Notes under the pieces: generated by a model | The model's input: the letters and a program-made list of their open reading frames with translations, nothing else | What the model was told of the DNA's origin: nothing | Database searches by the model: none | In this document: piece after piece, positions 1 through 10,576 of the stretch | Position numbering within the stretch: the first letter of the stretch is position 1 | Layout of the letters: each line of letters starts with the position of its first letter | Translations under genes and position numbers: made by a program | DNA from: a virus | Reading direction: 5' to 3' (one strand) | DNA length: 64,000 nt | Virus record (IMG/VR): IMGVR_UViG_3300029605_000149 | Span: 7,564-71,563 of that record

Positions 1-6
1 GGTATA

Positions 7-621
7 TTGTTTCAATATTGTGCCGATAAAGCTAAGCAAGGATGTGGACAATCATATTTTGGTTACAATCCGTTTGGTAGATTTAATGATAATGTAAAAA
101 TTTTATTGGGAAAATTATTATCGGACAGAGTTTTGGTATCGGCAAAAAATACCATTATTGATGATTACATAAATATGTGCTATCAAACACAAACGAAAAT
201 CAGGCTTAAATACACATCAATAAAAAAGATTGAAGAAGCACATAACGCACTTGTTACCAAAATTTTAAAAAAAGGACAAAGGTCGGCAAAAAGTATAGTG
301 TCAGCAAACACAAGATACAACAATTTGCGAAAATTACTTCCTAAAAAGTTTGAGTGGTTAATGACGGAAGAAAGGTTAGCATTAGAAAGTGAAATGCAAG
401 GTAATTGCGTTGTTTCATACGCAAATAAAGTAAAAAAAGATAAATGTCAAATATATTCTTATGTGGATTCGCAGGGGTTAAGACACACAATAGAATTTAA
501 CATATCACGAAATAAATACCATTGTGTACAACTGCTTTCCAAATACAACGAAGATCCGTCAGAAGAAGCTTTGCAATTTGTAGCAAAACTTCTTGACAGC
601 CCTGAAAACACGATTAAATAG
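7..621 (+). CDS. hypothetical protein, 5' end possibly truncated by window edge
   Basis: ORF of 204 aa from the six-frame track; no recognisable motif. Confidence 0.4.
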   Translation: MFQYCADKAKQGCGQSYFGYNPFGRFNDNVKILLGKLLSDRVLVSAKNTIIDDYINMCYQTQTKIRLKYTSIKKIEEAHNALVTKILKKGQRSAKSIVSANTRYNNLRKLLPKKFEWLMTEERLALESEMQGNCVVSYANKVKKDKCQIYSYVDSQGLRHTIEFNISRNKYHCVQLLSKYNEDPSEEALQFVAKLLDSPENTIK

Positions 622-789
622 CCGATATTTACAAAGATAATAAGGAAAACTTAAAAACTATATTCATTGTAATAGTTTTTGAAAATTAGGAAGTTTAAAT
701 TCACTAAATAATGTGATAAACAAAAAACTATTTAGAACATAATAGCTTTTACAAAATACAAGTCATGAAGACACAAAGAAGGGCAATTT

Positions 790-1557
790 GTGAAAAATAA
801 TAAAGCTAATAAATCAAAATTGAAAAGTATAGCAACAATATCAATTGCATCACTACTCATTCTTGTCGGTATATCATTAGCTATTATTCCGATTCTCGGA
901 AGAATACTTAATCAGCAATCCGCTAATACGCAGATTGAGTCGTATCAGCAAAGCGTATCAGATATGACTAAAGATGATATTGCGTCCGCAAAAGAGGCGG
1001 CTGATGAATACAATTCTTCAGGGAATACAGGCAATTTTTATAATGCTGTAGTTAAAGACGGAATTGTTGGTTACATAAACATACCGGCAATTGATGTTAA
1101 TTTGCCTATATACGATAACACAAAAGATGAAACACTTGAACTCGGAGCAGGATTGCTTGAAAAATCATCTCTACCAACGGGCAAGAATGGTACGCATAGC
1201 GTTATAACAGGGCATAGCGGTCTGACAATGAGTAAGATGTTTTCTGATTTGCCTGAACTTACAACAGAAGATTGTTTTTATATCTATTTTCTTGACGAAA
1301 AAATTAAGTACCAGATATATAGCATTGAAACAGTAAAACCCTCAGAGGTAACAAATCATCTTAGCTATAATCGTTCAGAAGGTTATTGTACATTGATGAC
1401 TTGCACTCCTATTGGTGTTAATACACATAGATTACTTGTACATGGTAAGAGGGTAGAGGAAAGTGAGAACGAAAGCGTTAATGCTAAATCTACATCACAG
1501 AGTAATAGTTCATCAACGAAAACTACCTCAAATATTATTAAAAAAAAACGACTTTGA
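790..1557 (+). CDS. sortase (class C-like transpeptidase)
   Basis: N-terminal TM anchor; catalytic His in ITGHSG and Cys in TLMTCTP (TLxTC sortase signature). Confidence 0.85.
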   Translation: MKNNKANKSKLKSIATISIASLLILVGISLAIIPILGRILNQQSANTQIESYQQSVSDMTKDDIASAKEAADEYNSSGNTGNFYNAVVKDGIVGYINIPAIDVNLPIYDNTKDETLELGAGLLEKSSLPTGKNGTHSVITGHSGLTMSKMFSDLPELTTEDCFYIYFLDEKIKYQIYSIETVKPSEVTNHLSYNRSEGYCTLMTCTPIGVNTHRLLVHGKRVEESENESVNAKSTSQSNSSSTKTTSNIIKKKRL

Positions 1558-1850
1558 TTGATGGGCAAACAGATAACGCAATGAAAAAATATTTGCCGAT
1601 TGGGTTGTGTACGATCTTTGTGATAGGCATAACAACGAAAATAATACGGCACTTTTGCAAAAAGTCACAAAAATAGCGGTAATAAGCCCAAGATTAGCTT
1701 GCATGGCGTTTTTAACACTTAGAATATAAAATTCCTCATCTAAAGGATAAAATTGCAATACAGGCTAAAATAAAGAAAACAGAAAAATTATGCAGTCAGC
1801 AAAAAATGCTGATTTTTTCAAAAAATATTTAAAAAAGGAGATACCCAAAA

Positions 1851-2234
1851 ATGGAAGAAAAAAGAATCAATACAATAGTGACAGAAGAAAGCATTGTAGA
1901 ATCATTACACAAACAGCTCGATAACAACGAATTTTCAATGCTCGAAAAGGCACTTAAAGCATTTGGACAATCAAAAAGCGATGTGTCGGACATTGATATT
2001 CTGATTGATTGCACATCTGAAGAATTACAGAGTGTGAATTATTGCGAACTCACGGAAAAGTTTTCAAAGCTCACAATTCCGATTAAACAGGAAGTTGAGT
2101 CAGAAGGCGAGATATACGAGTGTGTATCAAGCTATTCGCTATTTGGTGTTGTGTACCATCTTGAAGGTACATACAGCCTTACAGCGGAACTCAATCCGGT
2201 TCCAAAGGAAATATTCATGAGTTTTTATAAGTAA
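1851..2234 (+). CDS. hypothetical protein
   Basis: 127-aa ORF with RBS-like AAGGAG upstream. Confidence 0.4.
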   Translation: MEEKRINTIVTEESIVESLHKQLDNNEFSMLEKALKAFGQSKSDVSDIDILIDCTSEELQSVNYCELTEKFSKLTIPIKQEVESEGEIYECVSSYSLFGVVYHLEGTYSLTAELNPVPKEIFMSFYK

Positions 2235-2302
2235 GATTGGTGTTCTAAACCGTACACCCTTAAATCTGAAAAGTCCCATGAACAGCGGACATTTTTATCC
2301 CC

Positions 2303-2341
2303 TAAACAAGATATATAAACAAGATATATAAACAAGTATAT
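2303..2341. repeat. three tandem 13-bp iterons (TAAACAAGATATA x2 plus imperfect TAAACAAGTATAT), candidate plasmid origin
   Basis: Direct tandem repeats read in sequence about 100 bp upstream of the Rep_3 gene. Confidence 0.6.
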
Positions 2342-2437
2342 TCTATCTTCTATCATATAATAGGTAGTTAGATATAGTATAGGGAAAATAGTAGCTGAAT
2401 AACGGATGGAAAAACCTTTTTTGAAAGGATAAATATT

Positions 2438-3634
2438 ATGTGTGAGAAAAATATAAAACCGGCTGATAAAAACGAATCTACATTGGAAGCCGCAAAGTTA
2501 TCAACTGAAAATATGATTTCAAGATCACAACCTCTTTATAACACAGTTGAAGGTGTTTTATCTGCAAAAGCTTATAAACTATTTGACATATACCTTTCGT
2601 GTATAAATCCGCAGAAAGATGATACCTGTGATGTGATTATTCGCAAAACAGACATTAGTGACATGCTCGGACTCAAAAGATTTAAGACTTCTGATTTGAT
2701 AATTACAGCAAACGAACTTGGCGATTTAAAGTTTTGTTGCAGAAATGTTAGTAAAGATTATTTGAGACTCAATTTGTTTAGTTTTGTACATGCTTTTCAT
2801 AACGATAACGGAGAGGTGTTCTTACATGTTAAGTGTTCGGAAGAAGCAAAAAGATTGTTTTTTAATCTTGAAACGGTTGGATATATCAAGTATCAACTAA
2901 AAAACACTTTAGCTTTATCGACTAAATATGAAATACGAATGTACTTGTATTTACAAAAACAGAAGCATTTAAAAAAGTGGAATACTAAGTTCAATGATTT
3001 AAAAAAAGTGTTATTCCTTGAAGAAGCAGAGAATATGAGTTCTTACGACAGTTATAAGGAATTTAATCGCAGGGTTTTATCTCCGTCAATTAAAAGCATA
3101 AACGAAAAAACTGATTTAAAGGTTGAGTATAGCTACAAGGCAGTTCGAGGCAAAGGTTCTGCATCGGGAGTTCTTACTTTTACGATACTGTCTATCGGAG
3201 GTATGGTATTACTTGAAAATATCAAAAGTAACGACAGTAAATACGAAGAATCTTCTGAACGAATCAAACAGCAAATTGGATACGATATGATAGTTGATAC
3301 GAATAATGTTGTTTATGTGGACCAGATAGTTCGCATAATGTGCGATATTGATATGGCAGATGATGTGAAAAGTGCAATTAAAATCAACAGCATAAGCGTA
3401 CCGATAAGTCAGTTGCAGGCAAAATTTAAAGCAATAACAGAAGAAGAAGTACTGTATGTTTGTGAAAAGTACAGGGCAGAAAGCAAAAAAGTCAAAAATG
3501 TAAGGTCATACATAACGAGTTGTTTATACAATGCAGCGGAAAATCTTAAACTTGATAAATTAAAACCAAAAGATGATTTTGATGATTTTGATGATTTTGT
3601 GAGCAATTTTCATTCACTTGATGATTATGAATAG
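2438..3634 (+). CDS. Rep_3 family plasmid replication initiator
   Basis: Matches Rep_3 pattern: YEIRMYLYL (ysiRlYelL), then LEEAENMSSYDSYKEFNRRVLSPSIKSINEKTDLKVEY...KGSASGVLTFTI winged-helix region; iterons upstream. Confidence 0.75.
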   Translation: MCEKNIKPADKNESTLEAAKLSTENMISRSQPLYNTVEGVLSAKAYKLFDIYLSCINPQKDDTCDVIIRKTDISDMLGLKRFKTSDLIITANELGDLKFCCRNVSKDYLRLNLFSFVHAFHNDNGEVFLHVKCSEEAKRLFFNLETVGYIKYQLKNTLALSTKYEIRMYLYLQKQKHLKKWNTKFNDLKKVLFLEEAENMSSYDSYKEFNRRVLSPSIKSINEKTDLKVEYSYKAVRGKGSASGVLTFTILSIGGMVLLENIKSNDSKYEESSERIKQQIGYDMIVDTNNVVYVDQIVRIMCDIDMADDVKSAIKINSISVPISQLQAKFKAITEEEVLYVCEKYRAESKKVKNVRSYITSCLYNAAENLKLDKLKPKDDFDDFDDFVSNFHSLDDYE

Positions 3635-3800
3635 CAAAACAAAAGCAATCTAAATTCATCACAAATCGTCAGAAATAGGGTAAATAGACGGTTTTATTGC
3701 TTGATAATATAAATTTACTACTAAACAATAAAACTTAATACAGCTAAAATCTAAGCAAAACAGAAACATGACTCACAATGTTTAACAAGGAGGAACTCAA

Positions 3801-4034
3801 ATGGAAAATATATATCTACCGAGGGAATTGTTTACCGAGGAATTCAAAGATTACTCGAATGAAGCTAAGCTTGCGTTTTCAATCCTACTTACTGATTCTG
3901 AGATGTTGTCAAATGCGATTTCCGTAACAGATTTAATGTCAGTCGCTCGACTCATTGACGCTTTAGGAAAAGATCGTTTGCAAAACTTGAAGAAAAAACT
4001 TTCAGAGGAAATTCGTATTAGGGGTGTATCGTAG
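3801..4034 (+). CDS. hypothetical small protein
   Basis: 77-aa ORF with GGAGGA RBS. Confidence 0.35.
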   Translation: MENIYLPRELFTEEFKDYSNEAKLAFSILLTDSEMLSNAISVTDLMSVARLIDALGKDRLQNLKKKLSEEIRIRGVS

Positions 4035-4669
4035 TGAGTGTTATTGTTTTTACACCAAGTTTAAGCAAAAGAAAAGAATTGTTAAAAATAATAACTCACG
4101 CTCATAAGCAATGGAAGTTTAGAATTGCATTAGCTGTGTTTCTGTTTGTTCTTTCGGCGGCAGTTATAGTAGGAACGGCAATTCTGTTGCTTATGAATCC
4201 AACAACAATAGAGGGAATTTTGGCTTTCAGTGGTGCCGGTATTTGTTTTTCTTCTATTCCGTTCTTTATTGCTCTTTCGGTAAAAAACACAGCAAAATAC
4301 AAGTGCGGTTTCCCGTACAGCAGTTATGCTAATGCATCACTTTTACTAAACGATGACTCTTTGGAATATGTGTTTTGGCGAGTAGGACCGCATGAACCCG
4401 CTGCTTATAGCAGTACAAGAGCTGTATACCGAGATGAGGACAAGTTTACATTTACAATAAACAAGTCTGATATTGCAAGTTTGTGCGTTCGGAATGAAAT
4501 TTGTTACATAAAAGGTGACGGCATTTTGCAGATGCCTGAATGGGCTGTAGCAAACAATATTACGACGGAAAATTGCAAAGAGTTTTCGTTCATACCTGCA
4601 TTTCCGGAAAATAATTTTTCAAAAAGAATTAAAGATTGGAGAAGTTACAATGTCAGAACAGAAGATTGA
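4034..4669 (+). CDS. hypothetical membrane protein
   Basis: Two to three hydrophobic helices at N-terminus; translationally coupled to neighbours. Confidence 0.45.
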   Translation: MSVIVFTPSLSKRKELLKIITHAHKQWKFRIALAVFLFVLSAAVIVGTAILLLMNPTTIEGILAFSGAGICFSSIPFFIALSVKNTAKYKCGFPYSSYANASLLLNDDSLEYVFWRVGPHEPAAYSSTRAVYRDEDKFTFTINKSDIASLCVRNEICYIKGDGILQMPEWAVANNITTENCKEFSFIPAFPENNFSKRIKDWRSYNVRTED

Positions 4670-5078
4670 CGGCAACACTATAAAGAGATGCTTATCGGAA
4701 CAAATCGGAGCATATGAAACTGATTGTCTTATATATGCGATTGCAAAAAAGAATCCCGAAGAAAGGGTGGTTGAACTACCCTTTGAATACGATGCCGAGG
4801 AACGACAGACAATTTCATACAGCGAACTTGTTAATATGCTTGCAAAAGCAATTATTCCTACCAATTTAAAAGTGAATTTTGATATGTCTAAGTCATTTCC
4901 TGATTTAGATGAAGCTACAACAATTAACTTTAATTGCGGATACAGCGTATTCGAAATGGTGTATGAAATTAACGGCGAGGTATATGGAGTACTGACTACT
5001 GCTGTTAATAATACGATTACCGAAATGATATATGACGGTCAGTTCAGCACGGATACGGAAGAGGTGTTGAACACTTGA
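4650..5078 (+). CDS. hypothetical protein
   Basis: 142-aa ORF overlapping neighbours in operon fashion. Confidence 0.45.
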   Translation: MSEQKIDGNTIKRCLSEQIGAYETDCLIYAIAKKNPEERVVELPFEYDAEERQTISYSELVNMLAKAIIPTNLKVNFDMSKSFPDLDEATTINFNCGYSVFEMVYEINGEVYGVLTTAVNNTITEMIYDGQFSTDTEEVLNT

Positions 5079-5839
5079 GTATATTGCAGTTAATAATAAC
5101 AGGCGGATTTGTGATTGTGGGTATATTAGTATCTTTTGCTCCGATTGTGAAAGTTGCAAAGCAAAAAGCAAATCAGATATCTACATCAGATGAATTAAGA
5201 ACTTTGCAAAGAAATAAAGAAAAGTTGGAAGCAGAATCGTCTGAAGGAGAGAAAACCAAATATGACGAATTGTATGATGCCATAAGCAGTTATAACGAAT
5301 TGATATACAAAAACGGACAGGATACTTTTACGGGAGAATTACCGTTACCGCAGAGTGAAAACTTACAGTTGTATCTCGAAGATGAAGAACTAAAGACAAT
5401 TGCACAAATTACAATACAAGGGCATTATTTTACTCGTATAAGATCGAAAGAGAAAGAAAAAAAGGAACAGAAATATGCAGTTAGTATGGAAGTGAATAGG
5501 GCTACACTTGCAAACTGTTTTATTCCGGTCAAAAATACTTCAATGCCTGTTGGCGGTGAAAACACTCTGAGTGTCTTATATGGCAGACCGAGAAAGGGAC
5601 TCGGTTTAGACAATAAATTTAATATATCAAAAGGTGATGTAATCACTCTTGAAACAATATGGGATACAATCTCATATGAAATAGATGATTTAGTGCTTAT
5701 TTCAGCTGATGACATAGAGTCGCTGAAAATAGTTCCGGGCAAGGACATAATAGTGCTGATGATTGCAGAACCACAAAATAAAACACGACATTGTATATTT
5801 GCATCACGAATCGAGGGCAATGATGATTCTGATGATTGA
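5075..5839 (+). CDS. hypothetical membrane-anchored protein
   Basis: N-terminal TM helix, coiled-coil rich. Confidence 0.45.
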   Translation: MSILQLIITGGFVIVGILVSFAPIVKVAKQKANQISTSDELRTLQRNKEKLEAESSEGEKTKYDELYDAISSYNELIYKNGQDTFTGELPLPQSENLQLYLEDEELKTIAQITIQGHYFTRIRSKEKEKKEQKYAVSMEVNRATLANCFIPVKNTSMPVGGENTLSVLYGRPRKGLGLDNKFNISKGDVITLETIWDTISYEIDDLVLISADDIESLKIVPGKDIIVLMIAEPQNKTRHCIFASRIEGNDDSDD

Positions 5840-6004
5840 ATATAAAAGCTGAAAGGGACGGCAAAAAATAATAAAAACACAAGTAACTGAGGACTTGTGC
5901 AGATACAGGATAACTGTATTTGCGTAGGTCCTCTTTTGTTATTTTGGAGGTGAACAAACATACAAAATTAACTTAGTTGGAAGTCTAATAGCAAAAAAAT
6001 TAAT

Positions 6005-6337
6005 TTGAAAGGATATGATTTTATGAATAATCTCAATGCTATTATCAGTTCACTAATTCCCGTTGCCGCTGCAAGCGGTGCAACAAGCTACTTTACATCG
6101 GTGCAGAATAAGGTTGTATCGTTCCTTAATTCCTGCTTGCCTTTTGTATGGATTATCGTTGCTCTTGCCTTAATTGGCGTTGGTCTCATGTGCATCATCG
6201 GTAGTGAAAGAAGTAAAGAGGCAGCTAAATCTAAGGCTGTATATGTTGTTATCGGTTGCGGTGTTGTACTCGGTGCAATGTATCTTGCCAAGGGTGTTGC
6301 AGATTTACTTACGATGGGCAACTTCACAGTCAGCTAA
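6005..6337 (+). CDS. small two-helix membrane protein, possible T4SS pilin-like (VirB2/TrbC-like) subunit
   Basis: 110 aa, two hydrophobic helices separated by a short charged loop; position at start of T4SS cluster. Confidence 0.4.
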   Translation: MKGYDFMNNLNAIISSLIPVAAASGATSYFTSVQNKVVSFLNSCLPFVWIIVALALIGVGLMCIIGSERSKEAAKSKAVYVVIGCGVVLGAMYLAKGVADLLTMGNFTVS

Positions 6338-6379
6338 ATCAAGAAAATACATACTGAAATTTGATGTGAGGTTATTATT

Positions 6380-7291
6380 ATGAAAAACAAAAAGTTGGTA
6401 TCGAAAATAGGAGCGATTGCTCTTTGTGCAGTAATGGCAGCTGGTTCAGTTGTTTCAATAAACGCTGCTGTTGTTGATGATTCAGAGGTAGGTTCACTCG
6501 GATACGGTAGAAAAGTTATATCGTTGGATTCAACAGGACAAACCGTACTTTGCAAAAAAGGATATAAGTTTCCAAACTCCAATATTACTGTGTCAAAAGA
6601 TTTTAAAATGGCACAGATTAAGCTCGGAAAAGGCGAAACATTTAAGTATACTCTTTACAGCAATGTAGGATGCGACAGAGACAAGGTAAGAGTAGAAGCC
6701 TGTGCCTATAAATCAATCATCAATTTGAAGAAGAAGGCTGAATGGTCTAATTTGGATACTGCCGGCAATCTAACTACGGATGTATCGACTCTTGGACGGG
6801 TAAATTCCAAAAAGTGGAAATCTACTGTACAGATTAAGGGTAATAAAAAGTGTACCTACAATTTGATCGCTTATGATTTATATTCTTTCAATGCCAATTA
6901 TCCATCTGACCGGCAGTCATCATTTAGGGGAAGAAGCTATAAAGATGCTTATGTTCTTAACATGAATTACCCTGTTGTTGCTGTAAGTGTGTATAACGCA
7001 CCGTCATCTGTTGCCTTAAAAAGAAACGACAATAAAAGTTCGATTTCAGGCAAAACTGTAACACTAAAAAAAGGACAGACATTTTCCGTGTATGAATCAA
7101 CACCGAAAGGATCATACGCCAATGCTAAAAATGTTATTTACAGTTCATCAAACAAAAAGGTGGCAACAGTTACCAAAAACAGCACATTCAGCGGTGCCGC
7201 AAAAATTAAAGCTGTTAAAAAAGGTACCTCGAAAATTACCGTAAAGCTGTACAACGGTAAAACCGCATGGGTTAAAGTTAATGTCAAGTAA
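6380..7291 (+). CDS. secreted protein with signal peptide and C-terminal Ig-like (Big_2-like) domain
   Basis: Signal peptide MKNKKLVSKIGAIALCAVMAAGSVVSINA; C-terminal KKGTSKITVKLYNGKTAWVKVNV resembles Big_2. Confidence 0.5.
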   Translation: MKNKKLVSKIGAIALCAVMAAGSVVSINAAVVDDSEVGSLGYGRKVISLDSTGQTVLCKKGYKFPNSNITVSKDFKMAQIKLGKGETFKYTLYSNVGCDRDKVRVEACAYKSIINLKKKAEWSNLDTAGNLTTDVSTLGRVNSKKWKSTVQIKGNKKCTYNLIAYDLYSFNANYPSDRQSSFRGRSYKDAYVLNMNYPVVAVSVYNAPSSVALKRNDNKSSISGKTVTLKKGQTFSVYESTPKGSYANAKNVIYSSSNKKVATVTKNSTFSGAAKIKAVKKGTSKITVKLYNGKTAWVKVNVK

Positions 7292-7333
7292 CTTAACCGA
7301 GATGAAATATTAAAAATATCCACTTGTTTCGAT

Positions 7334-9550
7334 ATGTTTTCGGGGCAAGTGGATGATGAAAAATCAGAAAGGAGGTTGATCTTATTGTCATTTATTGAAT
7401 GGATGGTTTCCAATATGGAATATTGTGACATGGGAGCTATGTTTGGACTTGGACGAACAATCCTTTGGTGGCTAACGAATATTCTTGTATGGGCGGCATC
7501 CGTAATTGAGAGTTTATACAATAACATTTTCAAAGTCTTTTCTGTCATATATTCAAGCGGTGTTTCGAGCTTTATAGGTCGTTGGATAGGCTTTTTGTGG
7601 ATTCCGATTGCCATTGCCATTATCATACTTGGTTACAACCTTATCATGGGCGAGGACAGCGACGGTTCATTAAGAATGAAAACCTTTATGCGAAATCTTT
7701 GCTTGCTGGTTATTGTTGTTGCAAGTATTCCGATTCTTTTCACCGGGGTAAGTGGTAACAGCGATTCAAGTTTTGCCGTAAAGCTATTTCAGGGAAGTGG
7801 TAACAACAACAGCATAACAAATGGTGTCAGTCAAATGGCTGGAAATATGGGCACAACATCGAACACAAGTAGAACGGTTGTTGAGAACATATATGATTTG
7901 CAGTTTATTTTTAATCAGGCTCGAAATAAAGGCAATTTTACAAAAAATTGGAGCAGTATGATAGATGACGGAACAATACGAAAAAATTCATTTTATGACA
8001 CATCCGGAAACATAGTAAACGGTGACGCTGTTATGAATATAACACCGTGGGATACCATTGTATCTGATGATGCTGATGATAATGATAAGTATGATAAAGA
8101 CCTCAAAATGGAAGATTGTTATGTTAATGGGTACGATTATTGTGTATTTTCATCAGATACCAACAACAAGACATCTTTTGCCTCTGTAGCAAGTACCCGA
8201 CGAGTTCCTTATTGGACTCCCGACAACATTATCAATATTATCAATCAACGAGGTAACCAACCGGTTTCCACAGTAAGTTTGTCCGATAAAATGGATCTTG
8301 AGGCGAGAATATTCTTTTTTCAAACAATACACAACAATGTATGGCAGATAGATTCTGACGATAACGGCACAACCAATTTTGTTTTTGTTGACAATAACGG
8401 AAAAACAAAGACAAGTATGTGGTTCGTTGATGTCGGAAGTACATATCCGTTCAGATATCATGTAGAATGGGGCAGAATGATAATTTCGCTCATTATGTCC
8501 ATTATAGTTTTATATCTAACAAGCTATAAAATCGTAAAACTTATCTATGAAGTTACCGTCAATCAACTTTTGGTATTGTTTTTTGGTGCGATTGATTTAT
8601 CAAACGGACAAAGAGCAAAGGAAGTCATGAAATCTACTTGTTCGTTACTTGCATCAATGTTTTTTGCAGTAATACTTGTACAGTTCTATTATTTGCTTAC
8701 ATCAGCAGTTAACGGTTTGACATTTGTAAGCAATAGTTCAACCAATGGATGGATTCAGACTCTAATCAATGTGTTTATCGGTATGGCTACAATCAAAGGA
8801 CCGTCTGTTCTTGAAAAAATTCTTGGAATTAACGGCGGTCTTGGTGATGAGTGGCGTGAAACAGGTATGCTTAACCGTACTGCTGTTAAACCCGTTGCAA
8901 GAGCAACAGGTAAAGTTGTTAAGGGTGCTGCGATACTCGCAGGTGCAGGAGCTGTTTACGGCATTACAAAAGCTAAGGGTAAGCATGATGAACGCAAGGA
9001 CAGAGAAAATGAGAGAAATAATGACAGAATTCATGGCAGTAGTACCGGCGAGGTCAACAGTTCCGGTGATTCTTCTCAGTTCAAAATGGCTCAGTCTAAA
9101 AAGTCTCAAAATTCAACCGCAAATGTAAATAACAATAAAGACGCATCAGGTAATTCAGCCGCTAATAATGATGTTGCAAGACAGGGCAGAGATATTAGTG
9201 AGGCTATTCAGAGAGACAATATTCAGCAGGACAAAGCTGAAAAATTTGCAACTGATAATGGTGTCGTTAAAAAGTCCACACCTGAACAGAGGACAACTCA
9301 GCAAGCTGATAAGTACAGAGGTGCTATCCACAATGCCGCACTTGCCGAACAGGTTAAAGGACAGGCTAAAGGTGGTATGAGCGATAAAGACGCTCTGACT
9401 AAAGCTTATGAAGGTTCAGGATTCAGCAAAGATGATGCGTTACGCTTAGCTAACAGAGATCTTGAAAATAATTCTTTTGCCGAAAAGAAAGAAAGCTTTG
9501 CAAACAGTATTTCAGCAGCGGCTAAAGAAAAATACAGGATTCACCGTTAA
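7334..9550 (+). CDS. polytopic membrane protein, VirB6/TrbL-like conjugal transfer protein with low-complexity hydrophilic tail
   Basis: Multiple TM segments at N-terminus and mid-protein, long S/N/K-rich C-terminal tail; located between pilin-like gene and VirB4. Confidence 0.5.
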   Translation: MFSGQVDDEKSERRLILLSFIEWMVSNMEYCDMGAMFGLGRTILWWLTNILVWAASVIESLYNNIFKVFSVIYSSGVSSFIGRWIGFLWIPIAIAIIILGYNLIMGEDSDGSLRMKTFMRNLCLLVIVVASIPILFTGVSGNSDSSFAVKLFQGSGNNNSITNGVSQMAGNMGTTSNTSRTVVENIYDLQFIFNQARNKGNFTKNWSSMIDDGTIRKNSFYDTSGNIVNGDAVMNITPWDTIVSDDADDNDKYDKDLKMEDCYVNGYDYCVFSSDTNNKTSFASVASTRRVPYWTPDNIINIINQRGNQPVSTVSLSDKMDLEARIFFFQTIHNNVWQIDSDDNGTTNFVFVDNNGKTKTSMWFVDVGSTYPFRYHVEWGRMIISLIMSIIVLYLTSYKIVKLIYEVTVNQLLVLFFGAIDLSNGQRAKEVMKSTCSLLASMFFAVILVQFYYLLTSAVNGLTFVSNSSTNGWIQTLINVFIGMATIKGPSVLEKILGINGGLGDEWRETGMLNRTAVKPVARATGKVVKGAAILAGAGAVYGITKAKGKHDERKDRENERNNDRIHGSSTGEVNSSGDSSQFKMAQSKKSQNSTANVNNNKDASGNSAANNDVARQGRDISEAIQRDNIQQDKAEKFATDNGVVKKSTPEQRTTQQADKYRGAIHNAALAEQVKGQAKGGMSDKDALTKAYEGSGFSKDDALRLANRDLENNSFAEKKESFANSISAAAKEKYRIHR

Positions 9551-9654
9551 GTTATGCGTCAAGTGCCGATGCATATGCAGATGCAGCCGAACAGCATTTA
9601 CAGGCTCTCGGATTCAGTGCAAGCGAAGCCTCTAAGATTAACGAATCTACAGGA

Positions 9655-10134
9655 TTGTCTAAGAATGTAATGCTTGAAGATAATCAGGAGTTAATCCGTA
9701 ATGAAGCAAATGCTTTGTACAGTTCAGGAGCTGTAGCTACTGATGAAGAGGCTGTACAACAGGCTATTGTAAATTACAGTTCTGACAGTTCGGGCAATTA
9801 TGACAATAGATACGGAAGTCTTGATAATGCTGCATCTACAATACTTGCAAACGGTAGTCTTGAAGAAGGTATTGTAAGAGGCAGAACAGCAAACAATATT
9901 GCAAGAGAACAGGCTCAAATCAATACTCGTTCAGACGGTCTCAGAAACGGCAGAGATAATTTTGAACTCAGTCCGGGACTTAAAACCGCTACATATGTAG
10001 GTCTTGGCTACATGAAGGGCAGAAGCTTAGAAACAATAGCTAAAGCCGGATACGAAAGCGGCAGAAAAAAGGCTCGCAAACAGGAAATCAAAAGGCAGAA
10101 AAAGTCACCTGATAAAACTAAAAAAATCAAGTGA
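9655..10134 (+). CDS. low-complexity ORF, likely frameshifted continuation of the VirB6-like tail (frame is open from 9526)
   Basis: Same S/A/N/G-rich composition as the upstream tail; frame open back to 9526, overlapping the upstream stop at 9548-9550. Confidence 0.35.
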   Translation: MSKNVMLEDNQELIRNEANALYSSGAVATDEEAVQQAIVNYSSDSSGNYDNRYGSLDNAASTILANGSLEEGIVRGRTANNIAREQAQINTRSDGLRNGRDNFELSPGLKTATYVGLGYMKGRSLETIAKAGYESGRKKARKQEIKRQKKSPDKTKKIK

Positions 10135-10198
10135 TAAAATGCCGTAGTCGGATATGTGCTGATTTACTGCACATATCCGACACATGTGATGAAAGAAG

Positions 10199-10576
10199 GT
10201 GAAAGTAGTGGACAACCAGTTTGTTATGATTTCAGAAATTAAGACAGAAACTCAAATTTTTAAATTCATAAATTTAAAAACATTATTTATTACAATAGGC
10301 TTTACATTATTTGGCTATCTCACAAGCGGAGCCGTACACGAGATGCTGTCTTTTGTGTATATAGTTTTTAATGGAGTTGTTGGATTTGTATTGTCAATGC
10401 AAAGCCCGTTCAATAAAGGAAAATTAGTGTATCAAAGTGTATTTTTATTTATACGAAATTTTTGTCACAAAAAAGTTGTTTATCATGCTTTGTCGGACTG
10501 CGAATATAACGAGGCTGACAAAGTGCTTGAGAGCAAATTTATGTACAACGATAAATTTATAAAGGAGGGATATTAG
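10199..10576 (+). CDS. small membrane protein (VirB3-like position)
   Basis: 125 aa with two TM helices, stop overlaps start of VirB4-like gene. Confidence 0.4.
   Translation: MKVVDNQFVMISEIKTETQIFKFINLKTLFITIGFTLFGYLTSGAVHEMLSFVYIVFNGVVGFVLSMQSPFNKGKLVYQSVFLFIRNFCHKKVVYHALSDCEYNEADKVLESKFMYNDKFIKEGY

Noticed and set aside
8153-9128. ORFs 8153-8461, 8241-8444, 8762-9109 (minus) and 8769-9128 (plus) inside the VirB6-like gene
   Set aside because: They are fully embedded in a well-supported 738-aa membrane protein gene and are low-complexity shadow frames.
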